A stretch of 64,000 bases of DNA from Candidatus Eiseniibacteriota bacterium (GTDB lineage: Bacteria; Eisenbacteria; RBG-16-71-46), in the NCBI GenBank assembly GCA_963717935.1, contig CAVQXP010000004.1:1-64000 (forward strand), in the 5' to 3' direction. Under the pieces are notes generated by a model that was not told the origin of the DNA, ran no database searches, and worked only from the letters and a program-made list of their open reading frames with translations. A program made the translations under genes and the position numbers. Within the stretch, counting starts at the first letter, position 1. Each line of letters begins with the position of its first letter. Shown here piece after piece: positions 38,412-48,300 of this stretch.

Positions 38412-39679
38412 CGCGCCTTCCCGCCCCGCTTCGGCTTCGCCGCCGCCTTCCGCCGCGCCGCGCGCAACTCGACCACGCGGTCGAGGATCGCTTCGGCCAC
38501 CTCGCGCTTGCTCTGCTCGGGCAACCTGCGAGCCGCGCGCGCCTCGACCAGCGTCACCACGCTGGTCTCGCCCCCGATGCCCTTCGCCGGCGCGTTGAGC
38601 GCGACCAGGTCGAGCCCCTTCGCCGCGAGCTTGGCACGCGCCCGCTCGAGCCCGCGCGAGGTCTCGAGCGCGAAGCCCACGAACACCTGTCCCGGCCGGC
38701 GAGCCGCGGCGAGCCCCGCGAGGATGTCGGGGTTCGGCTCGAGCACCAGCGTCAGCGGCGCCTGGCCGCGCTTGAGCTTGGCACTCGCCGTGCGTTGTGG
38801 CCGGTAGTCCGCCACCGCCGCGGCCATCAGCACCACGTCGGCGTGCCCCGCCGCGCGCTTCATCGCACCCGCCATCTCCGCCGCGGTCGTCACGGTCGCC
38901 AGCGCCACGCCCAGCGGCGGCTCGACGCTCGCCGGCCCCGCCACCAGCGTCACCTCGGCCCCCCGGTCGCGCGCGGCCTCGGCCAGCGCGAAGCCCATGC
39001 GCCCGCTCGAGCGGTTGGTCAGCACGCGCACCGGGTCGAGCGGCTCCTCGGTGCGTCCCGCCCCGACCAGCACGCGCGTGCCCGCCAGGCTCGCGCGCCG
39101 CACAGCCGCCTGCTCGACCGCCGCGCCGATCTCCTCGACGTCGGCCAGCCGGCCCGGGCCCACGAGCCCCGAGGCCAGCTCGCCGCTCGCCGGGCCCACG
39201 ATGACCGCGCCGCGGCGGCGCAGCACGCGCACGTTCTCCTGCGTCGCCGGGTGGCGCCACATGCCGAAGTCCATGGACGGGCAGACCACCAGCCGCGCGC
39301 GGCTCGCCAGCACGATGGTGGTGAGCGCGTCGGGCGCCTCGCCGTGCACCAGCCGCGCGATCAGGTGCGCGGTGGCCGGCGCCAGCACCATCACGTCGGC
39401 GGCCTCGGCCAGGTCGATGTGCCCCACCTTGCCGGTCGTCTTGCGGCGCGCCGCCTCCGGCAGCACCAGCTCGTGCTTCTGCTCGTCCCAGAGCGTGGTG
39501 ATGACCGGGTTGCCCGAGAGCGCCTCGAAGGTGAGCGGCGTGACGAAGCGCTCGGCCGCCGGCGTCATCACGACGACCACCGCGGCCTCGCGGCGTCTCA
39601 GCCAGCGCACCAGCTCGCAGGTCTTGTAGGCGGCGATGCCGCCCGAGACCCCGACCAGGACGGTGCGGCCGCGCAGCAC
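38408..39679 (-). CDS. coaBC: Bifunctional phosphopantothenoylcysteine decarboxylase/synthetase
   Basis: GVSGGIAAYK, APATA, LDPVRVLTNRSSGRMG, AAVADY, VGFALET. Confidence 0.96.
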   Translation of the reverse strand: MLRGRTVLVGVSGGIAAYKTCELVRWLRRREAAVVVVMTPAAERFVTPLTFEALSGNPVITTLWDEQKHELVLPEAARRKTTGKVGHIDLAEAADVMVLAPATAHLIARLVHGEAPDALTTIVLASRARLVVCPSMDFGMWRHPATQENVRVLRRRGAVIVGPASGELASGLVGPGRLADVEEIGAAVEQAAVRRASLAGTRVLVGAGRTEEPLDPVRVLTNRSSGRMGFALAEAARDRGAEVTLVAGPASVEPPLGVALATVTTAAEMAGAMKRAAGHADVVLMAAAVADYRPQRTASAKLKRGQAPLTLVLEPNPDILAGLAAARRPGQVFVGFALETSRGLERARAKLAAKGLDLVALNAPAKGIGGETSVVTLVEARAARRLPEQSKREVAEAILDRVVELRAARRKAAAKPKRGGKAR

Positions 39680-39686
39680 GGCGGGC

Positions 39687-39896
39687 CTACGCCTCGGGCA
39701 GCGGAGCGTCCTCGTAGAGGAACGGGACCTCCTGACGGATGGTGCGCTCGAGCGCGGTGGCCGTGACCTTGCCGACGATGTTCTCGCCGGTGCGATGCGA
39801 CCAGTCGTTCAGCCGGCGCGCCTCGCGCGAGGCGATGATGCAGAGCTCGTACTTGTTCGAGCCCCGGGGCGGGATGAGCGATGCGAGTTTCGTCAT
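39687..39896 (-). CDS. rpoZ: RNA polymerase omega subunit
   Basis: SNKYELCIIASREARRL; gmk-rpoZ-coaBC synteny. Confidence 0.85.
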   Translation of the reverse strand: MTKLASLIPPRGSNKYELCIIASREARRLNDWSHRTGENIVGKVTATALERTIRQEVPFLYEDAPLPEA

Positions 39897-39930
39897 GAGG
39901 GGCGTTTCTCCTCGTTCGGGGTCGTGAGTC

Positions 39931-40602
39931 TCAGGAGGACGGCCGCAGGCGCCGCACGCGGGCGCGCTCGGCGTCCACGATCGCGGTCAGGCGGGCGACC
40001 GCCTGCTCCAGGTCGTCGTTCAGCACCAGGTAGTCGTATTCGCGCCACTCGGCCAGCTCGCCGGGGGCGTTCTTGAGCCGCGTCTCGACCACGTCGGGCG
40101 CGTCGGTGTCGCGCTTGAGCAGCCGCTGCCTGAGCGCGTCGATCGAGGGCGGGTAGACGAACACCGAGACCGCGTCCTTGCGGGCGCGGCGCACGCTGGC
40201 GCCGCCCTGCACGTCCACGTCGAGCACCACCACGCGGCCCGCGCGGACCCGCTCGTCCACGAACTTCGCGGGTGTGGCGTAGAGCTGGTTGTGGACCTCG
40301 GCCCACTCGAGGAAGAGCCCCGCCGAGCGGCGGCGCTCGAACTCGTCCTTCGCGACGAACTCGTACTGCACGCCTTCCACCTCGGTCGAGCGCCGCGGGC
40401 GCGTGGTGGCCGAGATCGAGAAGACGCACTCCGGCCGCGCGGCCACCAGCCGGTCCACCAGCGTGCCCTTCCCGGCGCCGCTCGGGCCCGAGAGCACCAG
40501 CAGCAGGCCGCCCGGCTCGAAGCGGAACGGGATGGCGTCCGCCGGCCACGCCGGGTCGGGGCGCGCGCCTGTGATGTCGGGACTCGGTGCCGGCACGGTC
40601 AC
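39931..40602 (-). CDS. gmk: Guanylate kinase
   Basis: SGPSGAGKGT, SATTRPRR, FLEWAEVH, LDVDVQG; GTG overlaps the yicC stop. Confidence 0.96.
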   Translation of the reverse strand: MTVPAPSPDITGARPDPAWPADAIPFRFEPGGLLLVLSGPSGAGKGTLVDRLVAARPECVFSISATTRPRRSTEVEGVQYEFVAKDEFERRRSAGLFLEWAEVHNQLYATPAKFVDERVRAGRVVVLDVDVQGGASVRRARKDAVSVFVYPPSIDALRQRLLKRDTDAPDVVETRLKNAPGELAEWREYDYLVLNDDLEQAVARLTAIVDAERARVRRLRPSS

Positions 40603-41477
40603 TCCACGTTCTGCACCTGCTCGCGCAGGCGCTCGATCTCTTCCTTGATCACGATCACCGCGCGCGCCACCTCGACGTCGTTGGCCTTGGAGCCGATGGT
40701 GTTGGCCTCGCGGTTCATCTCCTGCAGCAGGAAGTTGAGCTTGCGGCCCGCCTGCTCGGGGCCCTCGATCAGCGAGTGGAACTGGTCCAGGTGCGCCGAC
40801 AGCCGCACGCACTCCTCGGTGAAGTCGAGGCGGTCGGCCATCATCGCGACCTCCTGTGCCACCCGCACCGGGTCCATCTCGATGTCCGCGAGCAGCACCT
40901 TCAGGCGCGCCATCAGGCGCTCCTTGGCCTCGAGCGGGCGCTGCGGCCCGCGCTCGGCCACCTTGTCGAGCTGCTCGCGCACCAGCTTCAGCCGCTGCTC
41001 CGCGTCCTTCGCCAGCGCCCGGCCCTCACGGGCCTTCATCACGTCCATGCTGTCGCAGGCGCGGGTCACCAGGTCCTTCACCATGCCCCACGTCTCCTCG
41101 TCGGAGAGCGCCGTGTGCTCCCAGGCGAAGACGTCGGGCAGCGTCGCGAGCGTGCGCAGGTCGAGCCCGCTGTCCAGCTGATAGCGCACCCGCAGCTTCT
41201 CGAGCAGCGCCACGTAGCGGTCGGCCACCAGATCGTTGACCTTGAGCTCCTCGCCCGTCTCGCCCGCGCCCGACCAGGTGATGGTCAGGTTGAACTTGCC
41301 GCGCGAGAAACGGTCGGCGATCAGCTGGCGGATGCGGTCCTCGAACAGGCTCACGACCTTGGGCGAGCGCAGCGAGACTTCGCAGAAGCGGTGGTTCACC
41401 GACCGGATCTCGGCCGTCAGGCTGAGGCCGTCGCGGTCCAGCTCGGCCGAGCCATACCCGGTCATGCTTCGAATCAT
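40599..41477 (-). CDS. yicC: YicC/YloC family endoribonuclease
   Basis: MIRSMTGYG, SVNHRF, GRKLNFLLQEMNREANTIGSK, REQVQNVE. Confidence 0.95.
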   Translation of the reverse strand: MIRSMTGYGSAELDRDGLSLTAEIRSVNHRFCEVSLRSPKVVSLFEDRIRQLIADRFSRGKFNLTITWSGAGETGEELKVNDLVADRYVALLEKLRVRYQLDSGLDLRTLATLPDVFAWEHTALSDEETWGMVKDLVTRACDSMDVMKAREGRALAKDAEQRLKLVREQLDKVAERGPQRPLEAKERLMARLKVLLADIEMDPVRVAQEVAMMADRLDFTEECVRLSAHLDQFHSLIEGPEQAGRKLNFLLQEMNREANTIGSKANDVEVARAVIVIKEEIERLREQVQNVE

Positions 41478-41736
41478 GGGGACCTCCTGCGGGGAGGGGC
41501 CAAAGTAGGCTACCGGGGCCCGAAAAGTCAAAGCAGCGGCGCGATTTGCGCCGTATTCCGCGGGGCCCGGCCAGGCGGCGGTTGCCCACCGGGTTTCCAC
41601 CGGGGCGTGGGGAAAGCGGCGGAGGTCGTTCGGGCGCTTGGGCTCGGGGCCGGGTGAGGGCGTCCGCGCCCCGGGCGAGGCCGGTCAGCCGGCCGGCTTC
41701 GCGCTCCGGCGCGCCGGGCGGGGGCGACGGCCGAAC

Positions 41737-42093
41737 TCAGGCCGCGGTCCGCTTCTTCTTCGACTTCGTCTGCGCCACTTTGGACTTGTCGTCCACGAGC
41801 CGGATTTCGACCCTCTTCCCCAGGACCTCGGCGATCCGGCGCAGCATCGCCAGGGAGTGGCCCTCGTAGTCGGCATCCTCGAGTCGCGAGATGACGGAGG
41901 CCGTCGTGCCCACGCGCCTGGCCAAGGCCGCCTGCGTCAGGCCGGCGGCCTTGCGATGCTCGTAGAGCATCATTGCGAGTTCCGCCCTGGCCAGAGCCGC
42001 CTCGTAACCCGCCCGGCGCTCCGGGTCCGTGCCGATGAAGCGTCTGTAGGTGTAGTCGAAAGCGTCCATCTCGAAGCGATGTCTCCTCGGCAT
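41737..42093 (-). CDS. XRE/HTH antitoxin (HigA-like)
   Basis: RKAAGLTQAALARRVGTTASVISRLEDADY; 3 nt downstream of the toxin. Confidence 0.85.
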   Translation of the reverse strand: MPRRHRFEMDAFDYTYRRFIGTDPERRAGYEAALARAELAMMLYEHRKAAGLTQAALARRVGTTASVISRLEDADYEGHSLAMLRRIAEVLGKRVEIRLVDDKSKVAQTKSKKKRTAA

Positions 42094-42096
42094 GGA

Positions 42097-42468
42097 TCAG
42101 GCCTCCGCGACGAAAGTGTGGGCGACAGGATCTGCCCTGAAACGCGCCCTGCAACCGAGGGCCCTCCGAATCTCGGATTCCGGGACTCTGGAGCGTTGCT
42201 TCGCGAATCCATGCGACACGACGACGGCCTGGCTGCCGTGGAAGAAATAGAGCATGCGGTAGTTGATCCCTCGGCACTTCGCCCGCAATTCGTAGATGCC
42301 GTTGGTGAGGAAGTCGGCGAGCGGGCGACGCATCTCGTGCCCCTTGTGCCTGAGCCAGCGCAGATGAGCGATGCAGACATCTCGGGCTTCGGGGGGCAAT
42401 TGAGCGAGCCACTCGACCAAGGGGATCTTGTCTCTCTCCCGGTAGTGGATGAACTCGACCGCCGGCAC
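42097..42468 (-). CDS. RelE/ParE (Gp49-like, HigB-type) toxin
   Basis: RRPLADFLTNGIYELRAK, YRMLYFF, SHGFAK; toxin-before-antitoxin order. Confidence 0.85.
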   Translation of the reverse strand: MPAVEFIHYRERDKIPLVEWLAQLPPEARDVCIAHLRWLRHKGHEMRRPLADFLTNGIYELRAKCRGINYRMLYFFHGSQAVVVSHGFAKQRSRVPESEIRRALGCRARFRADPVAHTFVAEA

Positions 42469-42479
42469 CGCAGCACCCC

Positions 42480-42508
42480 CATTTTCGCAGGATTGCGAAC
42501 AACGTCAA
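42480..42508 (-). promoter_or_regulatory. TA promoter with palindromic operator
   Basis: TTGACG (42508-42503) and GAAAAT-like -10, overlapped by the palindrome TTCGCA-N4-TGCGAA (42484-42499). Confidence 0.6.
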
Positions 42509-42657
42509 GGGGGGCGTTCGTCGACTGTCGGACAGCAAGGGACGCGCCATGCGGGGGACCTGCGGCCGGCGCCATGTTCCGCCAGACGGCGCCCCGCACA
42601 GTGTCCACGCCGTGGTCAGACGCTCCGGCGCCCGGGGCGGGGGCCCGTGCCACTCCG

Positions 42658-43047
42658 CTACTCGTCGCCCTCGTCGGGCATGGGCTTGCCGAAGAGGTCT
42701 TCGAGTTTCCTGCGCGCGTCACTCGAGCGGGTCGCGCCCGGCGCCGTGGGGCCGCCGAACAGGCTCTCGAGCCGGGCGCGGGCCTCGGCCGCGCGGGGGT
42801 TCACCCCCTGCCCCGCCACGAACGAGCGGCGGTTGAAGGAGAAGAACTCGCAGAAGTTGCGGCGCGTCCCGTCCTCGACCAGCTCGGCCTCGGTCTCGCG
42901 ACAGGAGTTGTTGCGCGAGGCGTCGTAGTGCCGGCAGTTCATGCAGCAGCGCAGGTCCCGATGGCAGCCCTCGCACTCGCTGTCGCGCGGGATCGGCTCG
43001 TCGTAGGGCACCGCCTTGCCGCAGGTCTGGCACTGGAGCGCAGCCAT
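42658..43047 (-). CDS. Cys-rich hypothetical protein (probable metal binding)
   Basis: CQTC, CEGC, CCMNC, C..NFCEFF; acidic C-terminus with LFG repeats. Confidence 0.75.
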   Translation of the reverse strand: MAALQCQTCGKAVPYDEPIPRDSECEGCHRDLRCCMNCRHYDASRNNSCRETEAELVEDGTRRNFCEFFSFNRRSFVAGQGVNPRAAEARARLESLFGGPTAPGATRSSDARRKLEDLFGKPMPDEGDE

Positions 43048-43232
43048 GGAGGAAGCGTGCTCCCGGCGCTGACGCCCCGTCAAGAGCCGAGTTCGGGCCG
43101 CCGAGCGCGCGGGGCGGGCACCCCCGCGGGACCGACGGTGGACGCGGCCCGAAGCTCCCGCAGACCCGGGCCAGGGCCGTGGTGCAGGCCCTGCTCACGA
43201 AGCATGTGATGGCTACGCAGCGGCGCCCGGCC

Positions 43233-44303
43233 TCATTCCTCTTCGGATTCGCCGGGCTCTCTCAGACAGTCGGCACGCAGGATCCCCAACTGCTTCATGC
43301 GCCGCTTGTAGTTCGGGCGCGCCTCCCCGGCCAGCGCGGCAGCGGCGCGAATCGAACCTGCGGTGCGCAAATGCAGCAGCACGGCCTGGAGCATGCCCTC
43401 GTGCTTCGCGATCTGCATCGCCGAGTCAGGGGGGACGATATCGCGCGGGAGGTCATTCATCGCGATATCCCGCCGTCCGCCGGCGGCGCGTGCCGCGCGG
43501 TACAGGACCGCATGCAATTCGCGGACGTTGCCCCACCAGGCCCGCCCCCGCAACTCGGTGAAGGCCTCCTCGGCAAGTCGCTTGGGGGGCTGGTCGACAT
43601 CTTCGGAGAGCCCGGCAAGAAACCTCTCGCTCAGACCCGCGAGGTCCTCACGGCGCTCGCGCAGGGGCGGGACTCTGATCACGCGGGCCTGCTGCTCTCT
43701 GCCAGGACCGTCCACTTGCACCTGCTCCCCATCACACTCCTCCCGCCACCGCTGCAGCGTCGCCGCCGCCAGGTGCTTGCCGCTGCCGGTTTCGCCGTGG
43801 ACATAGACGGGCCCGTCCTCGGCCGCGGCCTGGCGCAACTCCTCCAGCAGTCGCAGCGACCCGGGAGCGCGTGCGCACCAGGGGCCGGCGCCGTCGGCCT
43901 CCGCCAGCGCCACGCCGGGCGGCGGCGCGTCGCCCGGGCCGAGCAACCGAGCCAGCGTGCCGCAGAGGTCGAGCAGGAACTCCCCGCGGCGCGCGTCGAG
44001 GGCCGCGTGCGCGCCGGCGAGCCGCCCGGCGTCCTGGGCCAGCGCATCGCTGTAGTGCGACGAGTAGAGCACCCGGACGGTCCGCTCGCTCAGCATGCGG
44101 ACCGCCTGCAGCACCAGCAACCCCGTACCGTCCCGGCCCAGGTCGTAGTCCACCACCGCCGCGCTCCAGCCCCCCTCGGCCAGGACGCGCAGCGCCTCGT
44201 CGGCCGCGCGGGCGACCCGGCAGTCGTAATCGCGCGAGAGCGTGCGGGTCAGCAGGGCCGCACGCGCCTCGTCGTCGTCCACCACCAGCAGGCGCGGCCT
44301 CAC
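43233..44303 (-). CDS. Response regulator with degenerate (internally deleted) NtrC-type AAA+ domain and HTH
   Basis: LLVVDDD receiver with VVDYDL; GETGSGKH followed ~35 aa later by VPPLRER, WWGNVREL and an HTH; no GAFTGA or Walker B; GTG overlaps the HK stop. Confidence 0.8.
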   Translation of the reverse strand: MRPRLLVVDDDEARAALLTRTLSRDYDCRVARAADEALRVLAEGGWSAAVVDYDLGRDGTGLLVLQAVRMLSERTVRVLYSSHYSDALAQDAGRLAGAHAALDARRGEFLLDLCGTLARLLGPGDAPPPGVALAEADGAGPWCARAPGSLRLLEELRQAAAEDGPVYVHGETGSGKHLAAATLQRWREECDGEQVQVDGPGREQQARVIRVPPLRERREDLAGLSERFLAGLSEDVDQPPKRLAEEAFTELRGRAWWGNVRELHAVLYRAARAAGGRRDIAMNDLPRDIVPPDSAMQIAKHEGMLQAVLLHLRTAGSIRAAAALAGEARPNYKRRMKQLGILRADCLREPGESEEE

Positions 44304-46672
44304 GCGGCGTCCTCCGGCCGGCCGGCGGCGGTCTGCGCGCCGCCCCCGCCCGCCGCCACACCGTCCTCGCTCGCGGCTCCCGCGCGCGCCTCGAAGGGGA
44401 AGAGCACGGCGAGGACCAGCCGCAGCACCGCCCCGCGGCCTTCGGGCGGATCGTCCACGACCAGGTCGCTGCGCCAGGAGCGCGCCGCCTCGCGCGCGTG
44501 GCCCAGGCCGAAACCGCCGCCGGGGCGCGAAGAGTAGTCGGGCTGGAACACCGTCTCGCGCAGCTCGGCAGCGATTCCGGGACCGTTGTCGGCGACGCGC
44601 ACGATCACATGGCGGCAGTCCACGGGATCGAGCTGCACGCTGACGTGGATCTCCGGCCCGGGCACACCATCCAGGGCAGCCAGGGCGTTCTCGAGCAACT
44701 GCCCGACGAGCTCCCGCAACTCCCCGGGATCGAAGAGCACCGGGACCCCGGCGCCCGCACCCATGAACGAATGCACGGCCACGCCGCGCTGCACCAGGAC
44801 GCCCTGCTTCGCCAGCAGGGCGTCCTGGACCGCGCGGTCCGCGCGACACGGCCCGCGCTCCGCCACCTCGCGGTACGCCACCGCGCAGGCATCGGACAGG
44901 GCCCGCATGGTCCGCGCGGATTGCCGCGCGCGTTCCGCCAGCTCCTCGCGCGTCCCCTCGATCGGCTGGTGCAGCAACGACTCCAGCTCCCGGAGCAGCT
45001 GCCGCATCCGCTCGACGCACTCCCCGCTCACCCGGAGCGTTCCGGCGCGATCGATGAAACGATCGAGCGTGCCGCGTCCGATCGTCGTGAACTGGTCCCG
45101 GGCGCTCTCGAACGTGGCCAGCGGCACCGGCGCGTCCGCGACCGCCTCGTGGGCCCAGTTCCACAGCGCGCCGAACGGCCTCACGTCGTCGAGGATGTCG
45201 TGCCGCACCTGCCGGTAGTCCAGGAGGAAGTCGCGCGACTCCCGGACGGAGGGCAGCCGGCCGCGGCGGCCGAGAGGCCAGAACGCCGCCCCGGCGATGC
45301 CGCAGAGCAGCCCCAACCCGAGCACCCCGCGAACCCGACGCGAATCCGCCATCGGTGGAACCGGACGGACCTCGAAGAGCACCACGTCCTCCTGAGTCTT
45401 CAGCAGGCGATGGGACCGCAGTCCCGCGCGGAGGATGGCAAGGGGCGTGGGATCCGAGCCCGCCGCGTCGTGGGTAAGGCGGCCCTGCACGCGAAGCCGC
45501 TCGTCGAGGATCAGGATCTCCCGATTCGTGCTGGCGACCACCGACTTCACGCCGTCCCCCTCGAGGTCCGCGCAGCCCCACGCCTCGACGGCCGTCCGCG
45601 CACGGTATTGCCCGACGAGCTGAAGGTCGTCGTCGAACGCGCGCAGCGCCCCGTCCGCACATCCCACGACGAAGACGCCGCGGGCCGCGTCCAGGAGACG
45701 GGGTTGCCCCAGGCTGCTCGGGAAATCGCGCTTCCTCAAGATCTCACCCGTCCCCCCGTCCAGCACCGCCAGCATGCACGGCTCGGGGTTGTGGGCACGG
45801 TGGCTGTGGACGGCCACCACGATCTCACGGGGTTGACCCGGCCTGGCCGCCAGGGGGAGGAGGAAGACGCCAGCGAATTCCTGGGCCACCACGGTCCGCC
45901 ACAGGAGGCGGCCCGTCGCATCCAGGGCAAGCACGCAGGCGTGGCGGTCGTCCGTGCCGTTCAGGTCGAGACCGTTCGCCGGCGAGTTCCCCCCGACCAG
46001 CAACTCCGGAGGCACGCCGTTCAGAAGATCCACGGCGAGGGCGGCTTCCGGCCACGCGCCCATCGGGAAGAACCATCGGCGGGCCTTGGTGGCCGGATCG
46101 TAAAGTGCGATCCCACGCGGCCGATGGCCCATCGTCAGGACGAGGCAGGCAAGCGAGTGGCTGCCCCCCGAGTCCGGGAGGACCGCGGCGGGCACCAGGT
46201 GACAGTCCCCGGTGGAGGGCGGGACGAGGAGGGAATCCCGCAGGGGACCGAGGCGGCAGGTCCTCACGCCAGCGCGCGAGAAGACCTCTGCCCAGGCTCC
46301 GGCGGAATCGCGGGTCGCGACGCAGATCTCGTCCAGGCCGTCGCCGTCGATGTCCATCACCGGGCCGAGTTGCACGCGGGAGTCGAAGTTGTACTGCCAG
46401 AGAGCCCGCTGCTCGCCCTCCATCAGCCTGCCCAGCACGAGGGCTCCGGTGCTGCTGAGGAAGACGAAATCGTCCTGGGCGTTCCCGAGGGCGTTGACCG
46501 GCCTCGACGCGAACCCCCCTCGGGCGATCGTCCGGGGCTCGAGATTCACCCGCGCCGGCCCCCGTGAGAGGACGACGAGCCCGAGGACGGTGACGCACGA
46601 GCCGACGAGCAGGCCTCGCCAGACTCGTGCCCTCAGGCTGGATCCAGCAATGAGATTGCGGGGCCGCGGCAC
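44300..46672 (-). CDS. Membrane sensor histidine kinase with extracytoplasmic FG-GAP-like propeller
   Basis: Two TM segments; DIDGDGLDEI / DLEGDG repeats; HATPase boxes QLLENA, ADNGPGI, GGGFGL. Confidence 0.82.
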   Translation of the reverse strand: MPRPRNLIAGSSLRARVWRGLLVGSCVTVLGLVVLSRGPARVNLEPRTIARGGFASRPVNALGNAQDDFVFLSSTGALVLGRLMEGEQRALWQYNFDSRVQLGPVMDIDGDGLDEICVATRDSAGAWAEVFSRAGVRTCRLGPLRDSLLVPPSTGDCHLVPAAVLPDSGGSHSLACLVLTMGHRPRGIALYDPATKARRWFFPMGAWPEAALAVDLLNGVPPELLVGGNSPANGLDLNGTDDRHACVLALDATGRLLWRTVVAQEFAGVFLLPLAARPGQPREIVVAVHSHRAHNPEPCMLAVLDGGTGEILRKRDFPSSLGQPRLLDAARGVFVVGCADGALRAFDDDLQLVGQYRARTAVEAWGCADLEGDGVKSVVASTNREILILDERLRVQGRLTHDAAGSDPTPLAILRAGLRSHRLLKTQEDVVLFEVRPVPPMADSRRVRGVLGLGLLCGIAGAAFWPLGRRGRLPSVRESRDFLLDYRQVRHDILDDVRPFGALWNWAHEAVADAPVPLATFESARDQFTTIGRGTLDRFIDRAGTLRVSGECVERMRQLLRELESLLHQPIEGTREELAERARQSARTMRALSDACAVAYREVAERGPCRADRAVQDALLAKQGVLVQRGVAVHSFMGAGAGVPVLFDPGELRELVGQLLENALAALDGVPGPEIHVSVQLDPVDCRHVIVRVADNGPGIAAELRETVFQPDYSSRPGGGFGLGHAREAARSWRSDLVVDDPPEGRGAVLRLVLAVLFPFEARAGAASEDGVAAGGGGAQTAAGRPEDAA

Positions 46673-46820
46673 CGGGCGATTCTATGCGATTGGCGACGGA
46701 TTATCACCCCCGGCTCGGCAGGGAGAAGATGGAGGGGAGCGCAGGTCCGGCGTGACTTGCCGGCGGCTGCGGGGCGCACGACAGTTGCCGCAGGCCCCCG
46801 GGCGGGCTACGGTGCCGGCC

Positions 46821-47819
46821 ATGGTCCAGCACCCCGCTGACTCCGCGGAGCCCGCGCGCTTCGCCCAGGCCGTGCGCGCCCTGCGCAAGTACCGCGGGCG
46901 CGTGGCGCGCAAGCTCGAGGCCCTGCAGAGCGACCTGGCCGAGGCCGAGCGCGCGCCCCAGTTCCGGCGCTTCGGCGAGACCCTGCTCGTCTACCTCAAG
47001 CAGGTCCCCGCTCGCGCCGGGAACGTGGCGCTGCCCGACCCGCACGAGCCCGCGGTGACGCACGAGATCCCGCTCGAGCCCGGGCTCAACGCGCAGGGCA
47101 ACGCCGCGCGCTACTTCAAGCGCGCCGCCAAGGCCGAGCGCGGGCTCAAGGCCGTGCCGCCGCGGCTCGGCGCCGTCGAGGCCGAGCTGCACGCGCTCGA
47201 GGTGCTGCTGGAGCGCGCCCGCCCCGCGCTGGAGCTGGCCGCCGAGGGCACGGCGACGGCGCTCGATCACGCGCTCGCTCGCGCCATCGAGGCGGCGCTG
47301 GCGAAGCTGCCCGAGACCGTGCGCGACAGCATCGGCGCGCCCGAGCTGGCGAAGGCGCCCGGCGCGGCCGGCCCGCGCGGGCGCAACGCCGAGCCGCGGC
47401 CCGCGGCCGTCGCCGCCGGCGAGGAGCGCGCGCCCTCGGCGAAGCTCCAGCCGCGGCGGCTCAAGAGCGCCGAGGGCTGGGACGTGCTGATCGGCCGCAC
47501 CAGCGAGGGCAACGACTACCTGACGCACCACCTGGCGCGGCCCGAGGACTACTGGTTCCACGTCAGCGGGGCGAGCGGTTCGCACGTGGTGCTGCGGCGC
47601 GGCAAGGGCAAGAACGAGCCGTCGAAGCGGACCCTCGAGGAGGTCGCCGCCTGGGCCGCGTTCTACTCGCAGGCCCGCACCGCAGGCCGCGTGCCCGTCA
47701 TCGTCACGCAGAAGAAGTACGTGCGGAAGCCGCGGAAGGCGAAGGCGGGGCTCGCCTACTGCGAGCGCGAGAAGACGGTGATGGTGCGGCCGAGCGAGCC
47801 GGGAGAGGGGAGAGACTGA
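46821..47819 (+). CDS. NFACT RNA-binding domain protein (short RqcH/FbpA-like, N-domain absent)
   Basis: NAQGNAARYFKRAAK coiled coil; LIGRTSEGNDYLT, WFHVSGASGSHVVL, AAFYS, TQKKYVRKP. Confidence 0.85.
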   Translation: MVQHPADSAEPARFAQAVRALRKYRGRVARKLEALQSDLAEAERAPQFRRFGETLLVYLKQVPARAGNVALPDPHEPAVTHEIPLEPGLNAQGNAARYFKRAAKAERGLKAVPPRLGAVEAELHALEVLLERARPALELAAEGTATALDHALARAIEAALAKLPETVRDSIGAPELAKAPGAAGPRGRNAEPRPAAVAAGEERAPSAKLQPRRLKSAEGWDVLIGRTSEGNDYLTHHLARPEDYWFHVSGASGSHVVLRRGKGKNEPSKRTLEEVAAWAAFYSQARTAGRVPVIVTQKKYVRKPRKAKAGLAYCEREKTVMVRPSEPGEGRD

Positions 47820-48148
47820 GACTCTAGGTGGCGAGTAGACGAATCGCTCCCATGTCGCGCAGAAGCGTCAGGCGGGAAGATCACGAGGCGACGATGTAGC
47901 ACGCCAAGGGTACACGGGCGGAACGGGACCAAGGCCCCCGTCCGGGCCAGTGGTCTCCGAGCCTGGATGATCGAGTTTCTCACGATCCGCAGCCGCCCGA
48001 ACGCAGTTGATTCGTCGTACCGGCCGTCGTCGGCTGATTGCAGTACTGGCCCGTAGTCTTCGAAGTCATCCACGATCTCTGAAGCCCATAGGTAGAGCTC
48101 CGCTGCAATGTGCGGGTGTAGGGAGAAGAAATCTCTGAGGTCGCTCAT
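47756..48148 (-). CDS. Hypothetical protein (possibly a remnant), lower-GC region
   Basis: Strong SD AAGGAGG before ATG; N-terminal half looks protein-like; 3' end overlaps the NFACT gene convergently. Confidence 0.4.
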   Translation of the reverse strand: MSDLRDFFSLHPHIAAELYLWASEIVDDFEDYGPVLQSADDGRYDESTAFGRLRIVRNSIIQARRPLARTGALVPFRPCTLGVLHRRLVIFPPDASARHGSDSSTRHLESQSLPSPGSLGRTITVFSRSQ

Positions 48149-48300
48149 CCTGCGAACCTCCTTGTGGCTTGAGCTCCGATTCCCAACAAGACGATGCGTG
48201 CCTTCATGGCCAGACTCCGACCCGGATCCCAACCTGGCCTGGATGAAGCACACAGTCAAGAGCTCAAATCCAGCGCGGTTTCTGACAAGAGGAATGGCCA

